Shown here: piece after piece, positions 24,358-36,270 of the stretch
Numbering within the stretch: position 1 is the first letter of the stretch
How the letters are laid out: every line of letters begins with the position of its first letter
Source of the DNA: Vicugna vicugna
Lineage: Eukaryota
Assembly: GCA_013265495.1 (NCBI GenBank)
Contig: MU058815.1
Coordinates: 752,523-816,522, forward strand
Reading direction: 5' to 3'
DNA: 64,000 nucleotides
The notes under the pieces: generated by a model
Told to the model about the DNA's origin: nothing
Seen by the model: only the letters and a program-made list of their open reading frames with translations
Database searches by the model: none
Made by a program: the position numbers and the translations under genes

Positions 24358-25766
24358 AGAGTTCCCTTTTCTCAATGCCATCTCCAGCATTTATCATTTA
24401 TGGACTTGTGAAAAAAATTTCTAGAACATTTTTATTAATGACATTTACCCATACAATAAACCTAAGAAGGTTTATCACCACCCATTTGACAGTGCTTCCC
24501 ATGTAATTTAACATACCCAATAAATCTAATGAGTCTAAAGTCTTTCTTGAGTCTAACGTCTTTCTCTGAGATGCTTCAGGGGCCCTATGAAACATCCCAA
24601 AGTTAGCTAAAGGTCAAGAGAATTTTGATTAGAATTTGATCTTTGAGATGTTTGTCAAAAATACAAGATATTTTAAAACACTTGGTCATATAGGCTCGTA
24701 GGTCACTGTGAAACAATCCTCATCCGCTTAACCAAAGTGACAATGAAAGATTTCAAAGACAGATCACTTAAAACGTAAAGTAACTTACAATCTGTTCTCA
24801 AAAGCAGCTCAATATGCCAAGAAAAGCCTGTTCTCTTCACAGAGAGAAACTCATCTTACAACAGCTTACTTTGAATAACAAAATTCAGCCACCCAATGAA
24901 ATTCAGTCTAATCTTGACATTCATGGACTTTTTAATGATGGTCATTCTGACTGGTGTGAGTTGATAGCTCATTGTGGTTTTGATTTGCATTTCTCTGATA
25001 ATTAGCAACACTGAGCTTTTTTTTTTTATGTGCTTATTGGCCATTTGTATGTCTTCATTGGGGAAATGCTTGTTTGGGTCTTCTGCTCATTTTGAATTAA
25101 GTTCTTTGCTTCTTTTGTTATTGAGTCTTCGGAGCTATTTGTACATTCTGGAAATTAATCCCTTGTCAGTTGCCTCATTTGCAAACACTTCCTCCCATGC
25201 CGTAGGTTGTCTTCATTTTATTTTCGGTTTCCTTTGCTGTGCAAAAGCTTATATGTTTAACTAGGTCACAGTTTATTTTTGCTTTTGCCTCTATTGCCTG
25301 GGCAGACTGCCCTGGGAGCACGTTGCTACAATTTATATCAGAGAACGTTTGGCCTGTTTTCTCTTCTAGGGGGTTTGTGGTGTCTTGTCTTAGGTTTCAG
25401 TCTTTAAGCCATTTTTGTGTATGGTGTGAGGGAGCGATCTAACTTCATTGATCTACTTGTGGCTGTCCACGTTTCCCAACCCCGCTTATCCAAGAGACTG
25501 TCTTTTTTCCATTGTATATTCTTGTCTCCTTTGTTGAAGATCAGTTGACCATAGGTGTGGGGGTTTATATATAGATATAGAAATGAAGAACTATGCTGTA
25601 CACCAGAAATCAACACGACATTGTGAAGTGACTAAACTTCAATAAAAAAGGAAACAAAATTAAAAATATATATATTTATATGAATATAAAAATATATGAA
25701 TATAAAATATATCCTTATTTTAAACATATTCTTATATATATATGAAGAAAAGCAACCAGAACAAAA
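24358..25766 (+). mobile_element. L1 insertion with 5' inversion (antisense ORF2 piece 24358-24407 plus 24923-25565; sense 3' tip and AT-rich tail 25566-25766)
   Basis: Antisense ORF2 reads [26 protein letters not shown] and INPHTYGQLIFNKG. It is followed by the sense tip tatgctgtacaccagaaatcaacacgacattgtg...aataaaaaa. Candidate TSD aagaatatg lies at 24349-24357 and 25767-25775. Confidence 0.75.
24408..24922 (-). mobile_element. LTR-less ERV1 (MER4-group-like) internal fragment nested in the L1
   Basis: AT-rich sequence with motifs I associate with MER4-group internal regions (ttcaggggccctatgaaacatcccaaagttag; aaaacacttggtca; taggtcactgtgaaaca; ttaaccaaagtgacaatgaaagatttcaaag). It is flanked by atggactt at 24400-24407 and 24923-24930. 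Confidence 0.7.
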
Positions 25767-26654
25767 AAGAATATGGGTCGTTTTTGTTGCTGCATCCAGA
25801 TGGCTACATGAAGAATCCTGGATATCTGTGGACCAGAAGCATCCTGTGTATTTCAGGGGATTATGGTCAAAAAACAATGCCCATGAAGGAAATTGAAGGC
25901 TTTTTGTTGGCCTGTTTTAGACCAAGCTCCAGCCACGAGTAGGACAGCCTCCTCCTTCTTCTGCATTCACTGTTCTGCATGGGCCACAACCATCCTCTTG
26001 TTCTACTACACAGACGGGTCAGCCTTCTGTGCACTTGACAGGGGACTACCCCAACCTGAGGTCCTGCATGGTGTGGAGAGCAGCCTCAGACCCTCAGTCA
26101 GCCTCTGAAAAAGCACCACCACCCCCTTGGAAGCCAGCGGTTCTGTACTGTCGGGCTCAGACCCTCGGTCTCTCCTTGGATTATAAGCATACAGGAGGGA
26201 CTCATTAATTGGTGAGATAGTTGTGTGGCTTAGGTGGCCCGGGGTGAGCACGTGCCTGTTTGGTGGCCACAGTGTGGCCTGAGAAGGGTTGTCAGGGCCA
26301 GTCAGGGCATAGGGGATGCCTGGGGCCAGTTTGCAGCTGGTCTACATTCGTGATGCCAGGAGGGGCTGGGGCTGGGGAGGGGATCGCAGGTGTAGATTCT
26401 TCTCAAGAAGACTGGATACTGCGCCGTCTTGGGGATGCTACCAGCACAGTTCCCGTGACAGCCTGCTCTTGCACCTGAGGCCAGACTGCGAGCAGTCAGT
26501 GAGCTCCGGAAGGGCTTCTCCACACATGGCTGTGTCCAGAGCGGGAACCTGAACACAAGGGGAGAGGAAGCATACAGAGTTCCTGCGTGCCAGATTGCCT
26601 CTCTCTTCCCCAAAATTTGCCCTTAATTCTCTCGCTGACCTGGAGAGGTCACGC

Positions 26655-26752
26655 TGATATCTTCCATTTTATGTGGGGAAACCTAGACTGAGAGAAGTTT
26701 GGCGACTGACCCAACTTCATGCAGACAATAAATGGCAAAGCCGGGATTTATC
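26655..26752 (-). mobile_element. MIR fragment
   Basis: ccattttatgtggggaaacctagactgagagaagttt...aaatggcaaagccgggattt. Confidence 0.7.
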
Positions 26753-27410
26753 TGTTCACCCATTCATTTATTCATTCACTCATTTATTCATTTCACAGAA
26801 CTCTGTTGAGAATCTGTTATGTTCCTGGTGATGTTTGGGCACTGAAAATACAGCAGGGAGGAAGTCCAGTGGACAGTCATGTATATAAGTCGAGAGTTTA
26901 GGCTGGTTGTCCGAATTGCATATGTAAGTTAGGAATTTATCAGTATTTAGATGGTATTGACGGTCATGAAATTGGATGAATTTAACTGAGAGAGTGAGTC
27001 TTGATGACGAAGAAGGAGGAGGAGGACAGCAGGAGTCTAACGCCTGAGCCCTGGACCTTCCAAATTTAGGAATCACAGAGACGAGGTGGAAGCAGCAAGG
27101 AGAACAGAAAGAGGAGGAATAAGGCTAAGAGACTTGTCCTTGGAACCCAAGTCGGGAAAGAGCGTCTGAGAGTAGAGCAGATTCAACAGCCCAGATGGTA
27201 CAGGTGATTCTTGGAAGATGAGGCTTGAGAAGCAGTCTTTGGCTTTAGTCACACAGACGTCATTGTGACCTTGACAAGAACAGCTTCAGGAGACATCACT
27301 GGATTGCGTCCAAGGGAGAATGAAAGGAGGATGAGCGAAAACAGCAATTACATACATTTCTTCCGTTCATTTTGCTGTAAAGGAAGGAGACAAATGGGGA
27401 AGTGGGGCAG
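26753..27410 (-). mobile_element. L2 LINE fragment (3' end plus ORF2 remnants)
   Basis: (ttca)n-like L2 tail cattcatttattcattcactcatt, then antisense L2 motifs (atcagtatttagatggtatt, tcattgtgaccttgacaagaacagcttcag). Confidence 0.75.
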
Positions 27411-28016
27411 GAGCTGTAGGAAGAAGTGGGGGGAAGGGGCTGGAAGGGGGTCTTGTTGGTATGCTCCCCGGATCAGTGGAAGCGGGAAATGATGCAGAGA
27501 GGGAGGGGCAGTTCCTGGTGGTGTCCTGCCCAGGTGGTGGGGCTGCCCAGAGACAGTCATGGACCGTTCATCCACCATTGCAAGAGGGACAAAAAGTGGG
27601 TGCACGTGCCACGGGGAGAGCTTTGGCCATTTTTCTCCTGTCTACGTTCTTAGAAATCAAGCAGCTTGATTCTGAAGGAATTAGTCTTTCAATACCAGCT
27701 GATGGATGATCCTAATTCAGTTTTCCTGTAGAAAAGCTTCCTTCAAGGTCCTCTCTGATTTGACCATAAATTAAAATCCTTTAGGGCATTGAGTCCATCA
27801 GTGACTCTAGTTAGGCACGGGGTTACTCTGGGACACATGAAAGTTTATGGCAACCAGTGGTATAACATTTTGTTGTTTTAATAAGGGGGAAAGAGTGGGA
27901 TCTGTTGCATGATTAAATCAACCCAAGAAAAATGGGATTTCTGACTATCTGATGTTTGCTTTCTCTTCATACTCAAATGTGACAGCCCCATTTTTCACTC
28001 AAATAATGAATGATTG

Positions 28017-28500
28017 TGTACCAGTCTGGATTCTCTAGAGAAACAGAACCAATCCTATATATATATATAAAGAGATTTATTATAAGAAATTGGCTCATGT
28101 GGGTCATGAAGGCTGAGAAGTCCTAAGATTTGCAGCCAGCGAGCTAAAAATCCAGGAGAACTGACGGCTCTTGTCCAAGTCCAAAGGACTGAGCAGCATG
28201 GTGCAACTTTGGGTCTTAGTCCAAATCCAAAAGCAGGTGAAGAGCGACGTTCCAGCTTGAAAACAGTCAGGCAGAGAAAGCAAATTTTCTCTTACTGCAT
28301 CTGTCTGTCTATTCAGGCCTTTGATGGATTGGACGATGCCCACCTGTACTGGAGAGGACAACGTGCTTTCTCCTGTCTACTGATCAAATGCTAATCTTAA
28401 TCAGAAACACCCTCACAGACACACCCCAAATGATATTTAACCAGATATCTGGGCACACAGGGGCACCCAGTCAAACTGACACTTAAAACTAAACACCACA
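28017..28500 (-). mobile_element. ERVL LTR (MLT2-like) with perfect 5-bp TSD
   Basis: tgta...ttctctagagaaacagaaccaat...gatttattataagaaattggctca...aaacaccctcacagacacacc...ccagtcaaactgacac...ccaca. TSD gattg lies at 28012-28016 and 28501-28505. Confidence 0.92.
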
Positions 28501-28727
28501 GATTGATGCACATGAAAGTAAAGTGCACATTTCAGAGAAACGGATGCCATCTGTTAGGCAATGAGACTGCTCCAAGAGCGGAAAATCATCAAGAATGTAG
28601 TCGGTAAACGATCAGAACAGGAAACCGTCGCGGATCTTCTTTCTATGCGCTGGCATGCCGCACAACAGCTGATGACAGAAGAAGTCATCTCCGGAAATTA
28701 AGAACGAAAAGATCGTACATTAGGAAA

Positions 28728-29163
28728 TGCATTCGTGTGTTAGGGCTGCTGTAATGACTTCCTGCAGACCAGGTGATTTAAACAACAGAAATTTATTTTC
28801 TCATAGTTCTGGGGGCTGGAAGTCCAAGATCGAAGTGCTGGCAGCTTCGGTTCCTTCCGAGGGCTGTAAAGGAAGGATCTGCTCCTGGCGTTTCTCCTTG
28901 GCTTAGCGATGACCGCCTTCTCAGCCCCTGTCCCCACATGTCCTCTCTCTGTTCGTATACATCCCAGTGTCTGTGCGTCTGAATTTCCCCTTCTTATGAG
29001 GAAACCAGTCAGATTGGATTAGATCTCGCTCTATCAGCCTCATTTTAACTTAACCACCTCTTTAAAGACCTTTCTCCAAACACGGTCACATGCTGACGCG
29101 CTCAGGGTTAGAACTTCAACATCTGAACTTGGAGAGGGGCAGGATGCAGCTCAGCCAACAACA
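28728..29163 (-). mobile_element. MaLR LTR (MLT1A/B-like)
   Basis: tagggctgctgtaa...ttaaacaacagaaatttattttctcatagttctgggggctggaagtccaagatc...agggttagaacttcaacat...aaca. Flanks are ggaaa/ggaag (4 of 5 TSD match). Confidence 0.9.
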
Positions 29164-29414
29164 GGAAGGTTACTGACGTCCTGAGTTGGAGTTATTATTT
29201 TGTTGATGGTCAGTCCCTTTGAGGGTATTTCCTAATGATCTGCTTCTCAGTTAAACTGTTTCAAGGATAATTCATCATATCATCACGTTCTAAATTGTTC
29301 CTCCTGCACTTCTCTGTTCATTCTTAGGTTCACCACGGGAACGATTGAAATGGTTATTTCAGTCCAGATTTAGTAACTCAAGCTTCTCTGAGCTCATCGC
29401 TCTGTGTCATTACA

Positions 29415-29645
29415 TGCGGCAGCTTTTAAATATGTCCTCAAAATTTTGACACTCCAAAAGAGGGGAGAGTAGCTCTTCTCCCCCTGAGTGTGGGCTGGAC
29501 TTAGTGGCTCACATCAAACCGACAAGTACGGCAGAACTGACAACGTGTGATTAAGTCAAAAAAGGCAACGCTGCTTCTTTCTTCTTTGATGTCTTGGGTC
29601 GTCTACCCCACCCCATTGCCAGGATGCTCAAGCAGCCCCGTGGGT
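29415..29645 (+). mobile_element. MaLR LTR 5' fragment (MLT1F/G-like)
   Basis: ccccctgagtgtgggctggacttagtggctc; gctcaagcagccccgtgg. Confidence 0.7.
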
Positions 29646-29659
29646 GTTGTTTTGGAAGA

Positions 29660-30190
29660 TACTTGAAGAATGTGCATCAGGGTAAAGGAGTGATGGGCTG
29701 TGTCAAATGAGTAACATGCAAACTGAGAACTGACTATTGGCTTTGGAAATGTGACTTGACAACTGGTGATTTGGCAAGAGCAGTTTTGGTGGAGTGTCAG
29801 AAGTCTGACTGGAGTGGGTTTAAGAGAATATGGTTGGAGAAGATTTGGAGGCAGTGAAGGCAGACAATTCTTTCAGGAAATTTTGATGCAGAAGGGAGCA
29901 AGGTGGGCCGGTATCTGGCTGAGGAAATGGGCCGAAGGAAGGGCTTTATTTATATATGTTAATAGGGGAGATATAATAATAAACTTGGGTGACCCTGGAA
30001 ATAATTCAAGGAAAAGGGAAACATTGCAAGAGGAGAGAGAGAGAGAGGAAATCCTTGATGGGCGTCCATCCTTAATTAGGTGCATGGAGAGATAGATCAT
30101 CCTGTTGTAATGTGGGGAAGCCCAGGGAACGGGAGCAGATGCTCGCGGGCAGGTAAATGCAAGAGGGACAGCTTGTGGAAATATGATGGT
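29660..30190 (-). mobile_element. L2 fragment
   Basis: actgagaactgactattggctttgg...gcaagagcagttttggtggagtg...gactggagtgggtttaagagaata. Confidence 0.7.
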
Positions 30191-30452
30191 TGAGCAAGAG
30201 GATACTGCCTGGGACACACAAACCACTACGAAATACTGATCCTAACCTTACCCTGCTAATCGCATCATGCACTGTGTTCCCCACTCCTCCAAACATAAAG
30301 CATCTATTCCCTTCGCTTTTCCTTTCTTGCTTTCCTAAATCTCCATATGCTCCTCACTTCACCCCGGTGTCTCCCTTTGGTCTCTTCCATATAGCTTTAC
30401 CGTTACTGATCCCCACTAATAGACTCTCCAGGTTAAGAAGGTTGGGACTCCT

Positions 30453-30941
30453 CTCAGCCATCCGAAAGGGTGGAATCATGCCCTTAGCAGCAACATGGAG
30501 GGACTTAAAGATCATCATACTAAGTGAAGTCAGTCAGACAGAGAAGGACAAATATATGGTATCACTTACATGTGGACTCTTAAAAAACGATACAAATGAG
30601 CTTATTTGCAAAACACAAAGAGACTCACAGACATAGAAGGCACGTTTATGGTTATGGAAAGGCGGGGGAAGAATGAACTCGGAATTTGGGATTAATAAGT
30701 ATGCACTGCTATATATGAAACAGATAAACAGCAAGGACCTACTGCCTAGCACAGGGGGCTCTATTCAATATCTCGCAATAACCTATAGTGGAAAAGCTGA
30801 ATGAAGAAGATGAATGAGAAAGAATACATATTTATATGCATATGTGTATAACTGAATCACTTCACTGTACACCTGAAATATCATACATCAAGTATACATC
30901 AATAAAAAGTTAAAAGCGAAACAAAAAACCGAAAAACGAAA
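30453..30941 (+). mobile_element. 5'-truncated L1 3' end with TSD
   Basis: The ORF track gives IMPLAATWRDLKIIILSEVSQTEKDKY (ORF2 end), followed by 3'UTR and an A-rich tail. TSD aagaaggttgggactcct (30435-30452) vs aagaatgttgagactcct (30942-30959) matches at 16/18, preceded by TT. Confidence 0.9.
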
Positions 30942-31439
30942 AAGAATGTTGAGACTCCTGATTTTTATCTTTTTGATGACAAGTGGGAAAAGTAATATTA
31001 ACACAGTATAAGCCCTGAGATAAAACGGTGCACAAGGTCCTGTGGAAACTTACAGACAGGGCAAATGTTCTGAACTTGACAATCTTAGAAATACAGGCAG
31101 ACAGAGCAAGTAGGTGGCCCTTTAGTGTAAGATTTTTTTTTTTAATTGATGCTGCTTCTCAGGTAAAATCCTTCTGTGACTTTCTATTTTCTTATCTTTG
31201 TTTTCAAAGCCATCCTAACTTTGGCTTCAGCGCCCCACTTCAGGATTAGTCCTCTGCGGACAAACAGACCTATTTATCATTTCTAATCTACGTGCTTTGC
31301 TCCACATCTTCGCCCTGAGGATCAGGCAGACATGAGCCTCTTGACCTCTGTGTCTGCAGATCGACGCTGCCTCCCCCAGAAGCACTTCACCCAATCCAGC
31401 ATGGAAATAACCCGAGAACTCCCCAGAATGGGGTCCTCT

Positions 31440-31615
31440 ACTTCTCTGGAACTCTCTCAGAATCCTTTTTGCTTTCTACCTAGTTTCGGAATTGCACTGT
31501 GCACATCGCAAGGCTCCTGCGAGTCTACCATCTCCTTGAAAGCAGGCATTTTATCTTATTCTATTTTCCCTTAATGATAGTAAGAAGTTCTTAAAGACAT
31601 TGAATATAAGGTGAA
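31440..31615 (+). mobile_element. L2 3' fragment
   Basis: tctccttgaaagcaggcattttatcttattct...aaagacattgaat resembles the L2 3' end. Confidence 0.5.
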
Positions 31616-34600
31616 TCATAGTAATATGAAAAGATTTTTTTTTTTTAGTTTTTTAGTTTAAGTTGAGGTACACAAGATGGAAGCCTCGTTTGTGAGAGAA
31701 TTTGTGGTTTTGACCGAGAAAGACATTTCCTGGTTCAATTTCTTAGTTAAAAACTCCCTGGGCTCCAGTGATTATTCATAAACATGAAGAGTTTCATGAA
31801 TTAAATAAATGCTCTATCCTGCCTTAGCTTAATGGTGGTAAAGGATTCACAAATGGCTGGCTAGAATTACACAGAATCTGACCTCCCCATTCTTGCTCAC
31901 ATCAGGATCCCTCAACCCTAAGCTTATTAGAAATTTTAAATCTGCCTAATTTATATGCATCTCCAAGTATCTCATGATGGAAATGTTTATACTTGTATCG
32001 CATTTGCTAGAAAACCAATGCTTTGGGGAACTGACCAGAGGAAAAGACAATTGCAAGTGTTTAAATTGCTTACCATTGGCTCTTTTTGTATACACCACAG
32101 CGAGGTAAGGTCCATTTCTCAAAGTCTTCCTGAATTTTCCAAATACACTTAATCATCATTAAGCCTTAAATGATATGTGAGATCAATGTGATTGTTGAGA
32201 AAACATGATAAATTACTCCTTGTCACCAACTTTAGATTTTAAAATATTGGAATGCCGGAAGTTTCCTTAAAACATTTGAGTATATTGAATACTTTATCTC
32301 TAAGACAAATACAAGCATATATGGAGAAAATGTACGAAAGCAATTTTGCATTTAAATGGAATGCGTATTAATTAATGTGGCGTCCATATGCCACTTTGGA
32401 ACTTGAAAGTAAGCTGGCATTGAAAATCGGAGCAAAGTTGTGCTTTGCGATTCTAGTGTAAAAATACCCCACAAAAGTAAAGCACTTTCTAATCTTTGTT
32501 TAGAATTCCAAAATAAGAAAGCTTTAAGACAGCATTCAAATGTTGGCTCTCTACTCAGCCAAAATGCACAGGGTGTGCCAGGACGGCTCGGGCACAACCA
32601 TCCTAAGAAGCGCTGTGACTCCCTGGCCTGCGTTCCTGCCCGGATGATTTAAGCACAACTGTGGGGCTGATTTTCCTGAAGGCCACTTGCTCACTCCCAG
32701 CATCAATCATGGAGACGCCGAAGCTCCCTTGGTATCTGGCAGGTGTACCTGCATTTTCCATCCCTGAGGACTTCTGGTTTCCAGATTTTTGTTCCCCTTG
32801 TCCCCAGACCCGCTGGTTTGTTTTTACTATGTGGACCTTGTCATTCTGAGGGTCTGGTCTTGCTGAACCACTGATTCTGATGCCTTTCACAACTGTTTAT
32901 TGAGACATCTGTTTGAAAATATCAGAGAGCCACCAAGGCATCCAGGTATGGAGGGTCTAACATTCAGGGTAAAGGGAAATGCACTATAGCGAGCCCGGGA
33001 TTCTCCACCACTTTCCTCTCAGGATAATTATCAGCTGTAAGCAGTGAAATGCCAAGAAGTCAAGCAGAACTAGGGGCTGAGAGATTTGACGGTTTCATAC
33101 GGCGGGGGAGACAAGAACTGGAATTCAGGGCTTCCGCTGCAGCAAGGACTAAGATCCTGGGACAGCGAGGGTGATGGGTCTGAGATGCATCCTCAAAATT
33201 GTCCAGTGCAGTCAGTCCAAGGGGTGGGTGGGCAATAATGATGTTGGGGGTGGGGGTTGGCTGAGAACCAAATAGAGAGTTCATTCAGCGTGATTTAAAC
33301 TTACCAAGATCTTAGAGAAACGGGAAGCTACAGGGAAGAGGTCAGGGAAGCGATGGCGGGGAGCTGAGTGAAGCCAGCCTGAGATCCTCCCTGACGCACA
33401 GCCTCACCACCTGTCCCGTCTTCCTGGTACCTGCCACGTGTCATCTGCCATAGCCTTCTACACTCACTCTCCCCCAGGATCACAAGACACGAAGTCTAGT
33501 GAGAGGAAAAGGATGCAACTGAATGAAAAGACCCCTTGTAGGATGGCATTGAGATGCCCGTTACCGTAGACGTGAAGGAGATCCTCTGACAAACTGCCAA
33601 GGGCAGAGCTCTCTAAGGGGGACACATAAAAGAAATGGAAAATAGCTCTTAGGACAACGAAAAGCAGCTGCGGATGCTCTGATCAAACTCGTACACAATC
33701 TACGTGCTTCATGGTCAAGAAGAGCAGAGTAGACAGTGAAGGAAGCCCAATCTGAAACATACATGACAGACATGTTATTCTTCTCAGTTAATACACAGAT
33801 GGAAGTTACATTTTCCTCCCCATCTTGGCCTGTCCCTGCAAATATTAAAAGAGAAGACGAGGTAATGTAATTACAAAGTTATCAGACATGCTATGTGTTC
33901 AAATACTTCACAAGAGTATCTAAATTGCGGATGATACTTGAACTGGCGCATGACTTTTGATTTTAATCATTATGTTCACAAGCCTGGGATAACTAGAGAT
34001 TATTTTGCATTTGTAACTCACCGTGGTCCTCATTTCTTGTCGTTTCTTGTACATGTTTGTTACTTGTTCTTAACAGATTTTACTTTTGGAAACATGACTT
34101 GACTTTGTTGAAATCAGTCTGGTTGATTGTTTATTTACTTGCCTGCAGTGTACTTCAGTTCTGCAGAACACTGTTGTCATTCAGCAGGCTTTTCATAAAT
34201 CCCAGACCAGGCCGAGAAGGAACGCTTTTGGCCGTTTTGTCCCCCCGTAGGAGGATCTACTGGGAAGCAAATGTTAGCATTTCAGGATAGTGTAGTTATT
34301 GTAAATAGTTCATGACTTAACTTTGATTTGGAAATCTATACCGATCAAGGACTTGCAGGTTTATATAAGTCATTAAAGCTGTTGTCTTTCCATAAAAAAA
34401 GGAGGGGCGGCACCTAAGGCTGTTGCTAAGGCTGGCGGGGTATTTTGGCTGTCCCTCTGGGCTGAGGCTCTGACCCATGTGTCACCGGAAACAGATGAAG
34501 GAGCTGTTTGGTCTTAAGAAGAGAGAATGCGGAGGGACCAGTTAGGACATGGAATCTGCCAGCACTTCAAAGTGCTTTTTTTTTTCTGTTGGACAGGTGC

Positions 34601-35388
34601 GCTGGCTGCCTGCCCACCTCCACCACCCCACTAGCCCTTGGGAATGCTTGTGAGAACCTAACACTCTTGCTCACTAACTGGTCCCTTCGCATCTGTCTGG
34701 GGGACCTGTCACCGCTGCTGGACTCCAGGCCTTCGAGACTCTCAGGCCCTGGCAGACACAGGCCTGTCCCAGACAGTGACTGAAAGGCCACCTGGGGAGC
34801 AACCCTGCAGGCCGAGGCCTGGGGACGGAACCAGGAGAAAGGACTTCCAACGGGGTTGGGGACAGGGAAGGGGGAGATCAGAGGAAGACTTCATGGGGCA
34901 AGACATCACAGGAACGTCTGTGCCCCATCCTGTTTCCAGCTATGAGCAGCTGAGAAGTCCTGAAAATCCAACCAACATTGTATGTCCTAGAATTTTAATA
35001 ATGTAAAACTGTCTTTTTGTTTCTTTTTCTTTTCTTTGGTTTTGGCTATTAGAGGGGTTTTGTTTTATTGAGTTTTTCCATTGTTATCCATCTACAAAGG
35101 CAGACGTATTATGAGAGCCCTTAGGAATGGGAATTTAGGAACTGGGGACAATGGCAGAGCAGAATTTGATCTCTAAACCATGGAGCCACCATTTCTCTGG
35201 CCTTTTAAGATGCATCTGTGATTCTTCCCTTTTTCCACCAAAACTCTTAGCACTTCGGTGGTGATGGCCCTAGGTGTCCATATAGCTAAGGGTCAGCTCC
35301 CCTTGGACATCAGAGAGGAGAACTTCATGAGGGGTGAGGGGTGATGAGTGAGATGATGGATAGTGCTAAGTGACTGCTGGGACATCCC

Positions 35389-35780
35389 TGTCAATGTCCT
35401 TCAGCCGAAGACCACCGTGAACATCTGGAGTTGCATACGCTGGGTTCTTCACTTGTTGTAGTGAAGGGAAAACACACACAACGGGGAACTGCCGGCTACT
35501 GCAGTAAGAGGGTGTTAGAAACTAACGTATGATTGGCTTTTGGCTGGGTTATTTGGGTGAGGGTCTAAGGACACAACAGTTTACTCTGGGTGGGATTTTG
35601 TCAGAAATCAGAGGATGATCCTATGATTGGGTATCTCAATAAATCTTATGTAAAGGGAGGCTGTAGTCAAGATAAAACTGTAATTGGCTAAGAGTAGCAG
35701 TCACTGTTTGACAAAGGAGAGAATGTTTGGTATTTTGTCGGTTGCATGTCATCTTGTCTAAAGCAGATGCTCTGTGAGAA

Positions 35781-35811
<31 letters not shown>

Positions 35812-35930
35812 ACAACAGAAAAACAAGATGGTTCAGTCATAAATATTAGGTCAGTTTGTAGTAGCCTTGAGGTCTAACCATGAGGTTAGATCAGTTTCTG
35901 GATGTCAGAGACTACTTTTTCTTTTTTTCA
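35389..35930 (-). mobile_element. Ancient ERV1-class LTR (family not determined)
   Basis: TG...CA termini and motifs typical of old eutherian LTRs (atgattgggtatctcaataaatcttat; aaactgtaattgg). Orientation is tentative. Confidence 0.6.
35784..35811. repeat. (GT)14 microsatellite
   Basis: Direct reading. Confidence 0.95.
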
Positions 35931-35944
35931 AGAAGGAATTCATA

Positions 35945-36270
35945 AATTCAAAACTCATTTAATGCAATCTCTGCATTTTATAGGGGAAGCAACTCAGGCT
36001 CACAGAGATCATGCAATTGCTTAAGGTCATAGAGCCGGATTTATGTCTTAATAACACATGTAATTATTGCCATATCTAATAACACCGCATGTTCCAGACA
36101 TGGTCTATAGCACTTTATGTGTATTATGTCATTTATACCTGACAGCCACCCTAAAAGTCAAGCAATATGAGAAAATGAAGGATGGAAAAGTTTTACTACT
36201 TTACCCAAATTACACAGTTAACACGTGACAGATCTGGCATTCTGCATCTGACTCTGGGTGTTTAGCTCCA
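35945..36270 (-). mobile_element. MIR fragments (two)
   Basis: cattttataggggaagcaactcaggctcacagaga...gcttaaggtcataga; tgttccagacatggtctatagcactttatgtgtattatgtcattta. Confidence 0.65.
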
